Assembly: GCA_028767165.1 (NCBI GenBank)
Contig: JARACJ010000006.1
Location: 259,580-323,579 of the forward strand
DNA: 64,000 nucleotides
Origin: Proteobacteria bacterium DTSAM18
GTDB lineage: Bacteria > Myxococcota_A > UBA796 > GCA-2862545
Direction of reading: 5' to 3'
Under the pieces are notes generated by a model that did not search any database, was not told the origin of the DNA, and saw nothing but the letters and a program-made list of their open reading frames with translations. The position numbers and the translations under genes are program-made. This document shows, piece after piece, positions 1 through 9,537 of the stretch; position 1 is the first letter of the stretch, and every line of letters starts with the position of its first letter.

Positions 1-3000
1 GATGGCGATCCCATCACCTGGGCCCATGCCTGGTACGTCGGCGGCAACCTGGTGAGCACCGAGGCCACCCTGGATGCCAGCCTCACCGCCCGGGGCGACG
101 CCTACTACCTGCAGCTCACCCCCTCCGACGACACCCTCACGGGCAACACGGTCACCAGCCTCACCGGCACCGTCGTGAACTCCGCCCCGGTCATCGAGAG
201 CGTGCAGCTCGCTCCGTCCGCGCCCACCACCACCAGCCCGCTGGTGGCCTCCGTGGTCGCCTCCGACGCCGACGGCGACGCCCTGTCCTACACGTACGCC
301 TGGTACGTCGGCGGTCAGCTCGTCTCCGGGGTCACCGGCGACACCCTGCCCGCCAGCCACCACGAGGCGGGCGATCAGGTGTGGGTCGAGGCCACGGCCA
401 GCGACGGCATCGACACCACCGATCCGGTCCTGAGCCTGGTGGTCACCATCGAGAACACGCCTCCGAGCGTGGCGGCGGCCACCATCTCGCCGACCGTGGC
501 CTACGAGAGCACGGTGCTCAGCTGCACGGGCACGGGCTGGTACGACGTCGACGGCGATGCCGAGGGCTACCAGTACGTCTGGCGGGTGAACGGCCAGCAG
601 GTGGGCACCGGCGATCAACTCACCGGCGCCGACTTCGACAAGGACGACGTCGTCACCTGCGTCCTCACCCCCGACGACGGCGAGGATCCCGGCACGCCGG
701 TCACCTCCGCCGGCGTCACCATCCTCAACTCGGCCCCCACGCTGGCCACCATGGGCCTGTCCAACGCCGACCCCACCACCGCCACGAACCTCACGGTGGT
801 CACCACCGGCGAGAACGACCCGGACGGCGACACCTACACCCGCACGGTGCAGTGGTACGTGAACGGCACGCTGGTGCACACCGGCGACGTACTGGCCTCG
901 TCCCACATCGAGCGGGGCGACGTCGTGTACGCGGTGCTCACCCTCGACGACGGCGACGACGCCGACGCCTGGACCAGCCCGTCCACCACGGTGGTCAACG
1001 CCCTGCCCGTGGTCACGACCGCGGTGATCTCCCCGAGCCAGCCCCGGGTCACCGACACCTTCTCCGTGGCCGTCACGAGCAGCGACGCCGACGGCGATCC
1101 GGTCACGTACAGCTACCAGTGGCTGGAGGGCGGTCTTCCCCTCGCCGGCCAGACCTCCTCCACCCTGAGCGGCAGCGTCGTGTCCAAGGGCGACGTGGTC
1201 AGCGTGCGCATCACCCCGAACGACGGCCTCGACGACGGCGTGGCCTACGACTCGGCCGAGGTCACCGTGCTCAACAGCACCCCCACCCTCGACGACGCCC
1301 TGCTCGGCCCCGATCCTGCCTACACCGACACCCCCATCACCTGCACGGCCACCAACCCGCAGGACGCCGACGGCGACTTCGTGCAGGTGCAGTACGACTG
1401 GACCGTCGACGGCCTGTCCGCGCCGGCCTCCACCGCCACCCTGGCCACGAACCTGTTCCACAAGGGCGACGCGGTGGTCTGCACGGCCACGCCCTACGAC
1501 AGTGAGGTCCTGGGCACGCCGGTGGTCTCCAGCGCGCTCACCGTGTCGAACGCGCCCCCGGTGCTGGGCGGCATCAGCCTCAACGCCACCACGCCCACCG
1601 AGAACAGCGTGCTGATCGTCACCGAGCAGGACGTCTCCGACGCCGACGGCGACATCGTCACCTTCGAGTACGCCTGGTCCATCGGAGGCGTCGTCGTCTC
1701 CACCGCGCCGAGCATCGACGGCGACACCTTCGACCGGGGCGACAGCATCACCCTCACCGTCACCCCCACCGACGGCGAGGACGACGGCACCCCGGTGAGC
1801 GGAGGCCCCTGGCAGGTGGTCAACGCCGCGCCCACGCTCACGAGCGCCCCCGCGTTCAACAAGAGCAACCCCCGGGCCTCCGACGACGTCATCGTCGCGG
1901 CGGCCTTCGACGATGCCGATGGCGACCCGGTCACCCTCGACTTCGCCTTCTCCCTCAACGGCACCGTGGTGCAGACCGGCCCCAGCAACACGCTCGCCGC
2001 CAGCTACGTCGTGGGCGACACCATCCAGGTCACGGTCACCGCCACCGACGGCCTGGGCGGCATCGCCTCCGCCACGTCGTCGACCATCACCGTCCGCAAC
2101 ACGGTGCCCACGGCACCGGTGGCCTCCATCCGGCCCCTCGCCATCAGCCACCAGGACACCCTCACCTGCGAGGTCGTCACCCCCAGCGTCGACGACGACG
2201 GCGAGAGCCTGCTGTACACCTACGCGTTCAAGAAGAACGGCGTGGCCTACAGCACCGCCACCACCGACGAGCTCAGCGCCACCCTCGTGCTGCCCAGCCT
2301 GAGCCACGACGCCACCTTCTCCTGCGTGGTGTCCGCCGCGGACGCCACCGCCAGCGGCGCCAACTCCGCCGTGGTGTCCACCAGCGTGGTGGCGGGCGTG
2401 ATGGACTCCTGCGACGACTTCCACTCCGAGGGCTACGGCGACGACGGCGTCTACCAGCTGCAGCCCTCCGGCGGCGACTCCTACCTGGCCTGGTGCGACC
2501 AGAACACCCAGGGTGGCGGCTGGACCCGGGTCATCCGCACCGAGGGCTCCGACGAGGACTACGGCCAGGAGTCGAGCTCCATCATCAGCAGCTACGCCGA
2601 CGTCGAGGACGACGTGGGCGTGTACGACGCCTTCGAGCGCCTCGCCGACTTCGACTACATCATGCTGATGCAGGTCGAGGGCGATCAGGCCGGCGACTAC
2701 CGCCATTACGCCCTGTCATCCGCCGGCGGCCATACCCTGCTCGAGATGATGGAGGAGTGCCGCGACGAGACCACCTCGTACTCCGACGACACCACCTTCG
2801 ACGGCGTGCGCACCCTGGGTCACACCTCCGACTACAGCGGCCTGGCCCTGTCCGGCGGCAGCCTGGTGGTCTACCACACGGGTCTCGCCACCACCCGCAC
2901 GCCCACCTACGTGTTCGTGTGCGGCATCAACGAGTCGTCCAACAACGACGTGTCCTACCTCGCGTTCACCAGCTCCCAGGGCGACTCCAACACCTGGTCC

Positions 3001-3183
3001 AACGCCTGGCGGGGCACCGGCCAGATCGACACCATCTGGAGCTTCGCCAACAACGACTACAGCTTCTACAGCTACCTGCACATCGGCGGCGGCACGATGG
3101 AGGCGCTCGCGGGCTGGAAGGGCGTGGGCCACACCACCGCGGAGCTGTGGCACGAGGGAACCTACGAGATCTACGTGAAGTAG
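1..3183 (+). CDS. Large secreted repeat protein, 5'-partial because the frame is open at nt 1. About ten tandem ~90-aa cadherin-like/He_PIG-type Ig repeats (recurring 'DADGD..SYTYAW(Y)V.G' motif) followed by a C-terminal fibrinogen-related domain (FReD).
   Basis: The reading frame continues from nt 1 with the same repeat motif (DGDPITWAHAWYVGGNLVS). The C-terminus carries a clear FReD signature: 'SCDDF..GDDGVYQLQPSGGDSYLAWCDQNTQGGGWTRVIRTEG'. This compares with the canonical 'VYCDM.TDGGGWTVIQRR'. Strong codon periodicity. Confidence 0.7.
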   Translation, partial: DGDPITWAHAWYVGGNLVSTEATLDASLTARGDAYYLQLTPSDDTLTGNTVTSLTGTVVNSAPVIESVQLAPSAPTTTSPLVASVVASDADGDALSYTYAWYVGGQLVSGVTGDTLPASHHEAGDQVWVEATASDGIDTTDPVLSLVVTIENTPPSVAAATISPTVAYESTVLSCTGTGWYDVDGDAEGYQYVWRVNGQQVGTGDQLTGADFDKDDVVTCVLTPDDGEDPGTPVTSAGVTILNSAPTLATMGLSNADPTTATNLTVVTTGENDPDGDTYTRTVQWYVNGTLVHTGDVLASSHIERGDVVYAVLTLDDGDDADAWTSPSTTVVNALPVVTTAVISPSQPRVTDTFSVAVTSSDADGDPVTYSYQWLEGGLPLAGQTSSTLSGSVVSKGDVVSVRITPNDGLDDGVAYDSAEVTVLNSTPTLDDALLGPDPAYTDTPITCTATNPQDADGDFVQVQYDWTVDGLSAPASTATLATNLFHKGDAVVCTATPYDSEVLGTPVVSSALTVSNAPPVLGGISLNATTPTENSVLIVTEQDVSDADGDIVTFEYAWSIGGVVVSTAPSIDGDTFDRGDSITLTVTPTDGEDDGTPVSGGPWQVVNAAPTLTSAPAFNKSNPRASDDVIVAAAFDDADGDPVTLDFAFSLNGTVVQTGPSNTLAASYVVGDTIQVTVTATDGLGGIASATSSTITVRNTVPTAPVASIRPLAISHQDTLTCEVVTPSVDDDGESLLYTYAFKKNGVAYSTATTDELSATLVLPSLSHDATFSCVVSAADATASGANSAVVSTSVVAGVMDSCDDFHSEGYGDDGVYQLQPSGGDSYLAWCDQNTQGGGWTRVIRTEGSDEDYGQESSSIISSYADVEDDVGVYDAFERLADFDYIMLMQVEGDQAGDYRHYALSSAGGHTLLEMMEECRDETTSYSDDTTFDGVRTLGHTSDYSGLALSGGSLVVYHTGLATTRTPTYVFVCGINESSNNDVSYLAFTSSQGDSNTWSNAWRGTGQIDTIWSFANNDYSFYSYLHIGGGTMEALAGWKGVGHTTAELWHEGTYEIYVK

Positions 3184-3186
3184 GGG

Positions 3187-4218
3187 CTATTCCCGCAGGG
3201 CCAGCTGGCCGCAGGCACCGTGGGCCTCCCGCCCCTGGGGCCAGCGCACCGTGGCGAACACGCCCCGCTGCTTCAGGCCCTCCTGCAGGGCCCACACCTC
3301 CTCCCGCGTGGGGGAGCGGAAGCTCACGCCCGGGAAGGGATTGAAGGGGATGAGGTTCACCACCCCGGCGATGCCGTCCATGAAGGCGGCCAGGCCGTCC
3401 ATCTCGGCCTCGGTGTCGTTCAGGCCCGGCAGGACGACGTACTCGATCATCAGCTTGCGGTTGGCGGGCCGGGGGTGGTCGAGGAGGACCTGCCGCAGCT
3501 CGGCGAGGGTGGCGCCCTGGGCGGCGGGGATGATCTGCTTGCGGGTGGCGTCGGTGCCGGCGTGGACCGACAGCGCGAGCTGCACCCGGCCCCCGAAGTC
3601 CTCGGCGAAGCGCCGCATCTTCTTCTTCAGGCCCACGGTCGACACGGTGATGTTGCGGGAGCCCATGCACAGGCCGTGATCGTCCATCAGCACGCGCAGG
3701 GCCTTGGCCGTCTCGTCGTAGTGGTGCAGCGGCTCGCCCATGCCCATGAACACGAGGCGGGTGATGGACAGCCCCTTGGACTCGGCGAAACGCCGGGCGG
3801 CGTGGACCTGGGCCACGATCTCACCGGCCTTCATGCCCCGGCTGAGCTTGAGGGTGCCGGTGGCGCAGAAGGCACAGCCCATCGCGCAGCCCACCTGGCT
3901 CGACACGCACAGGGTGCGTCGGCCCTCGTGCATCGGCACGAGCACGGCCTCGACCCGGCTGCCGTCGTGCAGGCCGATCATCAGCTTCTCGGTGCCGTCG
4001 GCGGAGGGCACCGCCTTGAGCACCTCGGCGGTGGCCATCCAGCTGTTCGCGCCGATCACGTCGGCGTGACCGCCGAGGTTCGGGATGCGGGAGAGCGGCG
4101 TATCGAGACGGTGGAGACCCCGGTAGACCTTCGACGCGTGCCTGGACCCGACGCCGATTGCGTCGAGGTGCGCGCGCATGTTCTCGTAGGGCAGACCGAG
4201 CAGATCAGGTGGATGCAT
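3187..4218 (-). CDS. rlmN: 23S rRNA/tRNA adenine-C2 methyltransferase RlmN (radical SAM)
   Basis: Radical-SAM 'CAMGCAFC' motif and RlmN/Cfr-family signatures (VSSQVGC, GMGEPL, second conserved Cys). Housekeeping context. Confidence 0.8.
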   Translation of the reverse strand: MHPPDLLGLPYENMRAHLDAIGVGSRHASKVYRGLHRLDTPLSRIPNLGGHADVIGANSWMATAEVLKAVPSADGTEKLMIGLHDGSRVEAVLVPMHEGRRTLCVSSQVGCAMGCAFCATGTLKLSRGMKAGEIVAQVHAARRFAESKGLSITRLVFMGMGEPLHHYDETAKALRVLMDDHGLCMGSRNITVSTVGLKKKMRRFAEDFGGRVQLALSVHAGTDATRKQIIPAAQGATLAELRQVLLDHPRPANRKLMIEYVVLPGLNDTEAEMDGLAAFMDGIAGVVNLIPFNPFPGVSFRSPTREEVWALQEGLKQRGVFATVRWPQGREAHGACGQLALRE

Positions 4219-4334
4219 CGCAAGCCTCGATGGCCCTGGCCATCAGTGCGGAGCCGCCGGAACATTGGCGGACTCCAGACATTCCGGCGCTCCATAACCG
4301 GATAGGCCGTGCGCCACTTTCCCAGGAGATTTTC

Positions 4335-5342
4335 ATGACCGGACGCACCCCCCGCGCACCCCTGGCCATCGTCACCTGCGAAGCCTCCCGTGCTCTCGCG
4401 GAACGCGTCGCCGACTCCCTCGGCGTGCCGATCGTCCCCAGCAAGGAGACCTGGTTCGCCTGTGGCGAGGGCAAGATCGAGATCGAGGGCAACGTCCGCG
4501 GCTCCGACCTGTACATCTTCCAGGCCCCCATCGCCCCCGGCGACGCGCGGTCCACCTACGACCGGTTCATGATGACCCTGCACGCCGTCGAGGCCGCCCG
4601 CCTCGCCGACGCCTCCTACGTCACGGCCGTGCTGCCCTACTACCCGGGCGCCCGCCAGGACAAGCGCAAGGGCCGTACCCGCGAGGGCATCTCCGCCGGC
4701 CTGTTCGCCCGGTTCCTCGAGGCCGCCGGCGCCCACCGCGTCGTGTCCGTCGAGATCCACAACGAGGCCATCAGCGGCATGTTCAACCCGAGCCGCTGCC
4801 GCATGGAGAACATCTTCCTGCACAAGATGTACTCCCACTGGATCGCCGATCAGGGCCTCGCCGGCGACATCGTCGCCGCCCCCGACGTCGGTGGCCTGGA
4901 GCGCGCCCGCTACTACGCCGAGGACCTCAACCTCGGTCTCGCGGTCATCTCCAAGGAGCGCGACTACCGCACCCCCAACCGCGTCCTCACCTCCACCCTC
5001 ATCGGTGACGTGAAGGACATGGACGTGTTGCTGGTCGACGACATCATCGACACCGCCGGCTCCGTCGTGGCGGCCGTCACCGAGCTGCGCGACAACGGCG
5101 CCCGCAACGTCACCGTGGCCTGCGCCCACCCCGTGTTCTCCGGCCCCGCCTGGGACCGCCTGACCGGCCTGGCCGAGAAGGCGGAGCAGGAGGGCTGGCG
5201 CTTCCGCGTGGTCGGCACGACCTCCATCGAGCACACCGACGCGCCCGACTGGTACCTGGCCTGCGACATCGCCGAGCTCCTCGGTCGCGTCATCCGCAGC
5301 ATCAACAGCCGCGGCTCGGTCACGTACGCCCAGGAGCACTGA
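4335..5342 (+). CDS. prs: Ribose-phosphate pyrophosphokinase (PRPP synthetase)
   Basis: PRTase/PRPP-binding motif 'DVLLVDDIIDTAGS', 'PYYPGARQDKR', 'HPVFSGPA'. Start moved to the internal ATG at 4335 (MTGRTP...), which is in frame with the ORF-track call. Confidence 0.8.
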   Translation: MTGRTPRAPLAIVTCEASRALAERVADSLGVPIVPSKETWFACGEGKIEIEGNVRGSDLYIFQAPIAPGDARSTYDRFMMTLHAVEAARLADASYVTAVLPYYPGARQDKRKGRTREGISAGLFARFLEAAGAHRVVSVEIHNEAISGMFNPSRCRMENIFLHKMYSHWIADQGLAGDIVAAPDVGGLERARYYAEDLNLGLAVISKERDYRTPNRVLTSTLIGDVKDMDVLLVDDIIDTAGSVVAAVTELRDNGARNVTVACAHPVFSGPAWDRLTGLAEKAEQEGWRFRVVGTTSIEHTDAPDWYLACDIAELLGRVIRSINSRGSVTYAQEH

Positions 5343-5424
5343 GAGAAGGGCAGGCGGGTTGCGACGCTGTGACCCGCCCCATTCTTCGTCTCTGCACTCG
5401 GGCCGACGCCCAGGAGCACCGAGC

Positions 5425-6873
5425 TCAGCGGGCGAGCCAGGTTCCGGTGACCTCGACGACGATGCCGGCCATCAGGCCGGCGAAGCCGCTGTTGCCGGAC
5501 AGGTCGGCCATGAAGCCCGTGGAGGGGCGGGCGTACACGCCCCACTCCGTGCGATCGCCGAAGGGCTGCAGGTCCACGCCCATGCGCAGGTGGCCCCACA
5601 GCCCCATGATCGGCTCCACGCCGAGCGCGGTGGTGACGCCGCCGAACGCGAGCTCTCCTCCCGGCGCGAACGCCAGGGAGACCTTGCCGTTCTTCACGCG
5701 GCGGCGGTGTTGGTACACGGCCACGCCGGCCGTCCAGGTGGTGCCGGGCCCTCCGGCGCCGGTGCCGTGGAACCAGTTGAGCACCACGTCGAGTGAGCGG
5801 CCCTCCTTCGACGCGGAGTAGAAGCGCAGCTCGAGGGGGAGCAGGTCGTAGCTACCGACGCTACCGCCCGGCTGTGCCCAGGCCCCGCCGCTGATGCCCG
5901 TTCCGATGCCGAACCGGGGGCGGGCGGTCTTCATCGTGGTCGTGGAGCCTGCCGTCAGGGCCTCCGACAGCGGCGTGGGCGCCTGTGTCGGCGGAGACAC
6001 CAGGGAGGCTTCCTTCGGGGACGGCTCGACCGTGTCTGGCGCCCCCTCGACCTCCTCCGGCCCAGCATCGCTGGCGGCACTCCCTGCCGGAGCGAGCGAC
6101 ACCGCGCGCTCCTCCTCCACGAGAGGATGGCCGGCAGGCGCCGAGTCGCCCGGCTCCCTGCCGAGGACGGCCCCCACCTCGCCCGCGGGAATCGCCAGAG
6201 GCCGTGCCGCCGCGTCCGTGGGGGGCTCGGCGACCTCCTCCGGCGGCACGACCGGCACCGCGAGGTCGACCGGCCGTGCGGCCTCGACCGGCTCCGCGGG
6301 CTCGACCGCCGCGGCAGGCTCGACCTGGACGACCTCGACCCCATCGCTCGCGTGGGACCCCACCGGGGAGGCTGCCGCGACGACCTCCGGCTCCTCGTCT
6401 GCCACCGGGGTCTCCATCGGCAGCTCTTCGGCCCGGGCGCTCCACGCCGGCGCGCCGGGCGTCGCCTCGTCGCCCACAGCCTCGGTCTCGTCCTCGCTGG
6501 GGCTCGAGGTGACCGCAGCGGGGACCTCCTCCGCAGCAGCCGCCGGCTCGCGGGAACCCTGCGCCGGCACCACGTCGACCCAGACCCGCTCCTGCAGCAG
6601 CGCGTCGTCGGGTGTGGTGTCGTCCACGGGGGCGCTCGCTGCCCCCTCCTGCCCGACGGGCAGGACCCCCTCGTCGCCGATGACCTCCACCACCTGATCC
6701 AGGCCCAGGCGCCGCCTGGTGCCGTCCGGGAGCTGGATGAGGAAGGAGGTGTCGAGCTCGGCGAGGATCTCCGCCTCGATCACCGAGCCATCCGCCAGGA
6801 CGAAGATGTGGGGCTCGGCCCCCTGGGCCACGCCGGCATACGCCAGACACAACAGGATCGACAGCACGCCCAT
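5425..6873 (-). CDS. Secreted hypothetical protein. Signal peptide, then a long Pro/Ala/Glu-rich low-complexity linker, then a ~190-aa Gly/aromatic-rich C-terminal domain that may be a beta-barrel.
   Basis: N-terminal 'MGVLSILLCLAYAGVAQG' signal peptide. RBS-like GAGGGGA upstream. The many antisense ORFs over this gene are high-GC artefacts. Confidence 0.5.
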   Translation of the reverse strand: MGVLSILLCLAYAGVAQGAEPHIFVLADGSVIEAEILAELDTSFLIQLPDGTRRRLGLDQVVEVIGDEGVLPVGQEGAASAPVDDTTPDDALLQERVWVDVVPAQGSREPAAAAEEVPAAVTSSPSEDETEAVGDEATPGAPAWSARAEELPMETPVADEEPEVVAAASPVGSHASDGVEVVQVEPAAAVEPAEPVEAARPVDLAVPVVPPEEVAEPPTDAAARPLAIPAGEVGAVLGREPGDSAPAGHPLVEEERAVSLAPAGSAASDAGPEEVEGAPDTVEPSPKEASLVSPPTQAPTPLSEALTAGSTTTMKTARPRFGIGTGISGGAWAQPGGSVGSYDLLPLELRFYSASKEGRSLDVVLNWFHGTGAGGPGTTWTAGVAVYQHRRRVKNGKVSLAFAPGGELAFGGVTTALGVEPIMGLWGHLRMGVDLQPFGDRTEWGVYARPSTGFMADLSGNSGFAGLMAGIVVEVTGTWLAR

Positions 6874-7046
6874 GCGGCGCTCCCCTCGGCAGTCGGTGGA
6901 ATCGAACGGGAACGCGGCGTCACGACGCCTCGTCCCAGGGGATGAACACCGCGCCTCGCCCGAACGAACACCGTGTCATCCCGTACGTGTCCTCCATCGC
7001 CCGGACGTGGGCCCGCATGAAGGCCATTGCCTGTCCGGGCCTTCGG

Positions 7047-9107
7047 CTACTGCCCGATCGCGACCCACTCGATGTGCCAGTCGTAGGTCGCGGCCGTGGT
7101 CGTGGTCATCCAGGACCCCCCGCTGATGTAGATGGTGAACTGGCTGGAGGTGGGGCTGTACACGTTCTGCCCGCCCGTCGTCGTCCAGTGGCTCGAGGTG
7201 CCGTGCAGGCTGCTGATGATCACCGGCGTGCTGGTGAAGCCACAGCCCGACATCGAGATCGTCTTCACCAGGCCGCCGGAGCCGTAGCTCGTCCACACGT
7301 CGTTCGACTCCCCGGTGCAGATGCGCAGGGCACTGCCCGCGGTGTTCTGGGCGGCGCCCAGGAGCTGACCGGTCACCTCCATGTCGCCGTCGACCTCGAG
7401 CCCGGACAGGCTGGTCGACGCGACCTCGTCCGCCGCGAGATCACGCACGATGGTCTCGTCGAGCGCGAAGGAGGTGCCCGAGAGGACCAGGCCGTTGCCC
7501 GCGGAGTAGAGCGTGTCGTCATCGCCATCGGACAGGCCGGCAGGGACGTCGGTGAGGTCGTCGAAGGACGTGGGGTTGGCAGCCAGGTAGTCGCCGATGG
7601 CGTCGTCGACCGAGCCGGTGAGCCCGATGCCGTCGAGATGGGTGGCGATGGAGTCGTCGACGGACCCGCTGATGCCGGTGGTGGACTGGATGCGGGCATC
7701 AACGGCGGACCAGTCCGCGGACAGCTCGGTGCCGGACAGGCTCAGGCCGCTGCCGGCGGTGTAGGTGGTGTCGTCGTCGCCGTCGGCCAGATCCGCCGGA
7801 ACCCCCGTGAGCTCCGACCAGGCCGGCGTGTAGTCCAGCGCGAACGTGGTGTCCGTCAGGCTCAGGCCGCTGCCGGCGGTGTAGGTGGTGTCGTCGTCGC
7901 CGTCGGCCAGATCCGCCGGAACCCCCGTGAGCTCCGACCAGGCCGGCGTGTAGTCCAGCGCGAACGTGGTGTCCGTCAGGCTCAGGCCGCTGCCGGCGGT
8001 GTAGGTGGTGTCGTCGTCGCCGTCGGCCAGGTCGGCGGGGATGTCGGACAGATCACTCCAGCCGACGGGCGTGGACAACAGGTAGGCGGCGATGGCGTCG
8101 TCGACGGAGCCGGTGATGCCGATGCCGTCGAGGTACGCCTGGATGGCGTCGTCGACGGAGCCGGTGATGCCCACGGTGTCGAGATAGGACTGCACCGTGT
8201 CGTCGAAGGTGCCGCTGATGCCGGCGGTCTCCAGGACCCAGGTGTCGAGCAGGTCCCGGTCGATGGAGAAGCCCCCCGCGTCCAGGAGCAGGCCCCCGTC
8301 GGCGGCCGCCTCGTAGGTGGTGTCGTCGTCGCCGTCGGCGAGGCCTTCGGGGACGTCGGTGAGCTCGTCGAAGGAGACCCCGTAGGTGGCCAGGTAGTCG
8401 ACCATCGCGACGTCCAGGCTTCCGGGGGCGTCGACCACGTCCTGGGCGAGGGCGTTGATGTGGGCGTCGTCAGTGGAGAAGGTGGTGCCGGACAGCACGA
8501 GACCGGTGCCCGCGGCATACAGCGTGTCGTCGTCGCCGTCGCCCAGGTCGGCGGGCACGTTGAGCAGCTGCGACCAGTCGACGTCGTCGCCCGTGGCCAT
8601 GTAGACGGCATCCAGGGCCGTCCGCAGCTCGGCGACATCGTCGTAGCAGACGCCCATGGCCAGCGACTCGATGGCATCGTCGGCCGGGATCTGCCCCAGG
8701 ATGTCCTCCAGGGAGGCCCCCTGCAGCGTGTCGGCCTCGAAGGCCCGATCCGCGCTGCCGGCCCACACCGACGGGCCGAGCCGCACGGGGTTCATGGGCT
8801 CGTCGCCCTCGATCTGCAGCTGCAGCCAGACCTCTGCCTCCTCGGAGAGCACCGAGAGATCGAGGGGCTCCACGTCGCCGAGGTGGACGGAGAAGCTGCC
8901 CGCCTGGACGTCGACGGTCTGCGCCTCGGCGAACAGCTCGTCGAGACCGTCCGGATCGCGCGTGAGGCGGAAGGTGATGGCGACGTCACCATCGAGGGGC
9001 GTGCCCTCGGCGTCGGACAGGACGCCCTGGACGGGCAGGAACGCGGGCGCGGCCAGGGCCGGGGCGCAGAGCCCGAGTGCCGCGAGAAGCAAGGACATAC
9101 GGTGCAT
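7047..9107 (-). CDS. Secreted surface repeat protein. Tandem ~40-aa 'GVPADLADGDDDTTYTAGSGLSL' repeats with a ~150-aa C-terminal domain.
   Basis: Signal peptide 'MHRMSLLLAALGLCAPALAAPAF'. Start set at 9107 (GAGGAGG RBS 6 nt upstream) rather than the ORF-track 9293. Internal perfect 120-bp tandem DNA repeats. Confidence 0.6.
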   Translation of the reverse strand: MHRMSLLLAALGLCAPALAAPAFLPVQGVLSDAEGTPLDGDVAITFRLTRDPDGLDELFAEAQTVDVQAGSFSVHLGDVEPLDLSVLSEEAEVWLQLQIEGDEPMNPVRLGPSVWAGSADRAFEADTLQGASLEDILGQIPADDAIESLAMGVCYDDVAELRTALDAVYMATGDDVDWSQLLNVPADLGDGDDDTLYAAGTGLVLSGTTFSTDDAHINALAQDVVDAPGSLDVAMVDYLATYGVSFDELTDVPEGLADGDDDTTYEAAADGGLLLDAGGFSIDRDLLDTWVLETAGISGTFDDTVQSYLDTVGITGSVDDAIQAYLDGIGITGSVDDAIAAYLLSTPVGWSDLSDIPADLADGDDDTTYTAGSGLSLTDTTFALDYTPAWSELTGVPADLADGDDDTTYTAGSGLSLTDTTFALDYTPAWSELTGVPADLADGDDDTTYTAGSGLSLSGTELSADWSAVDARIQSTTGISGSVDDSIATHLDGIGLTGSVDDAIGDYLAANPTSFDDLTDVPAGLSDGDDDTLYSAGNGLVLSGTSFALDETIVRDLAADEVASTSLSGLEVDGDMEVTGQLLGAAQNTAGSALRICTGESNDVWTSYGSGGLVKTISMSGCGFTSTPVIISSLHGTSSHWTTTGGQNVYSPTSSQFTIYISGGSWMTTTTAATYDWHIEWVAIGQ
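7741..8030. repeat. Tandem repeat: two perfect 120-bp units (7741-7860 and 7861-7980) plus a diverging partial third unit. Located inside the surface-protein gene.
   Basis: Sequence 7741-7860 is identical base-for-base to 7861-7980. The next ~50 nt repeat again before diverging. Confidence 0.9.
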
Positions 9108-9290
9108 GTGGGACCTCCTCTGGGGAGGAGACACTACACCAGGCGGCCCTGCGATGGGAGCCAGCCCCCGACCGCACGGAGCCAGCATTGCACAGGGAGA
9201 CCCACTGCTCTCGCGGCCCCGTGCCCGCACGGCCTCACCCGGCCGACCCAAACACCCCCACCGCCAGCGAGGCCGCTGCCGTGCGTACAG

Positions 9291-9486
9291 CACGAGGAGC
9301 GCAGCGACGAAGGACTGTGCGTGCGTCAGCGGCCGCAGCGGCCCCTCAGCACATCACCCGCCCCACCACAGCCCAAGAATTGCGAAAGCAATCCCAGAGG
9401 ATTGCTTCAGACACATGCACGAGGGGATCGGGGCGTCAGCGAGGCCGGGGCGAGGAGCAAGGGAGAGGCCGACCTGGTGGTCGGCC
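9291..9486. repeat. Dispersed intergenic repeat element, copy 1 (same orientation as copy 3). Ends in a GGCCGACC-TGGT-GGTCGGCC hairpin.
   Basis: Shares 'CACGAGGAGCGCAGCGACGAAGGA', 'GCGAAAGCAATCCCAGAGGATTGCTTCAG' and 'GGGGCGAGGAGCAAGGG' blocks with 45245-45452 (inverted) and 52976-53175. Confidence 0.6.
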
Positions 9487-9537
9487 CGACCGAAGCGACG
9501 ACAGCACCGGGCGCGCTGACGCCCCGAGACCCGCCCC

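Noticed and set aside
381-1505. 374-aa Arg/His-rich ORF on the + strand and several minus-strand ORFs inside the giant repeat-protein gene
   Set aside because: They are alternative-frame artefacts of ~70% GC DNA. The frame with real codon periodicity and repeat and FReD homology is 1..3183.
3187-4218. Cfr-type antibiotic-resistance methyltransferase
   Set aside because: The RlmN/Cfr family cannot be split by eye. The chromosomal housekeeping context next to prs and the typical RlmN length favour RlmN.
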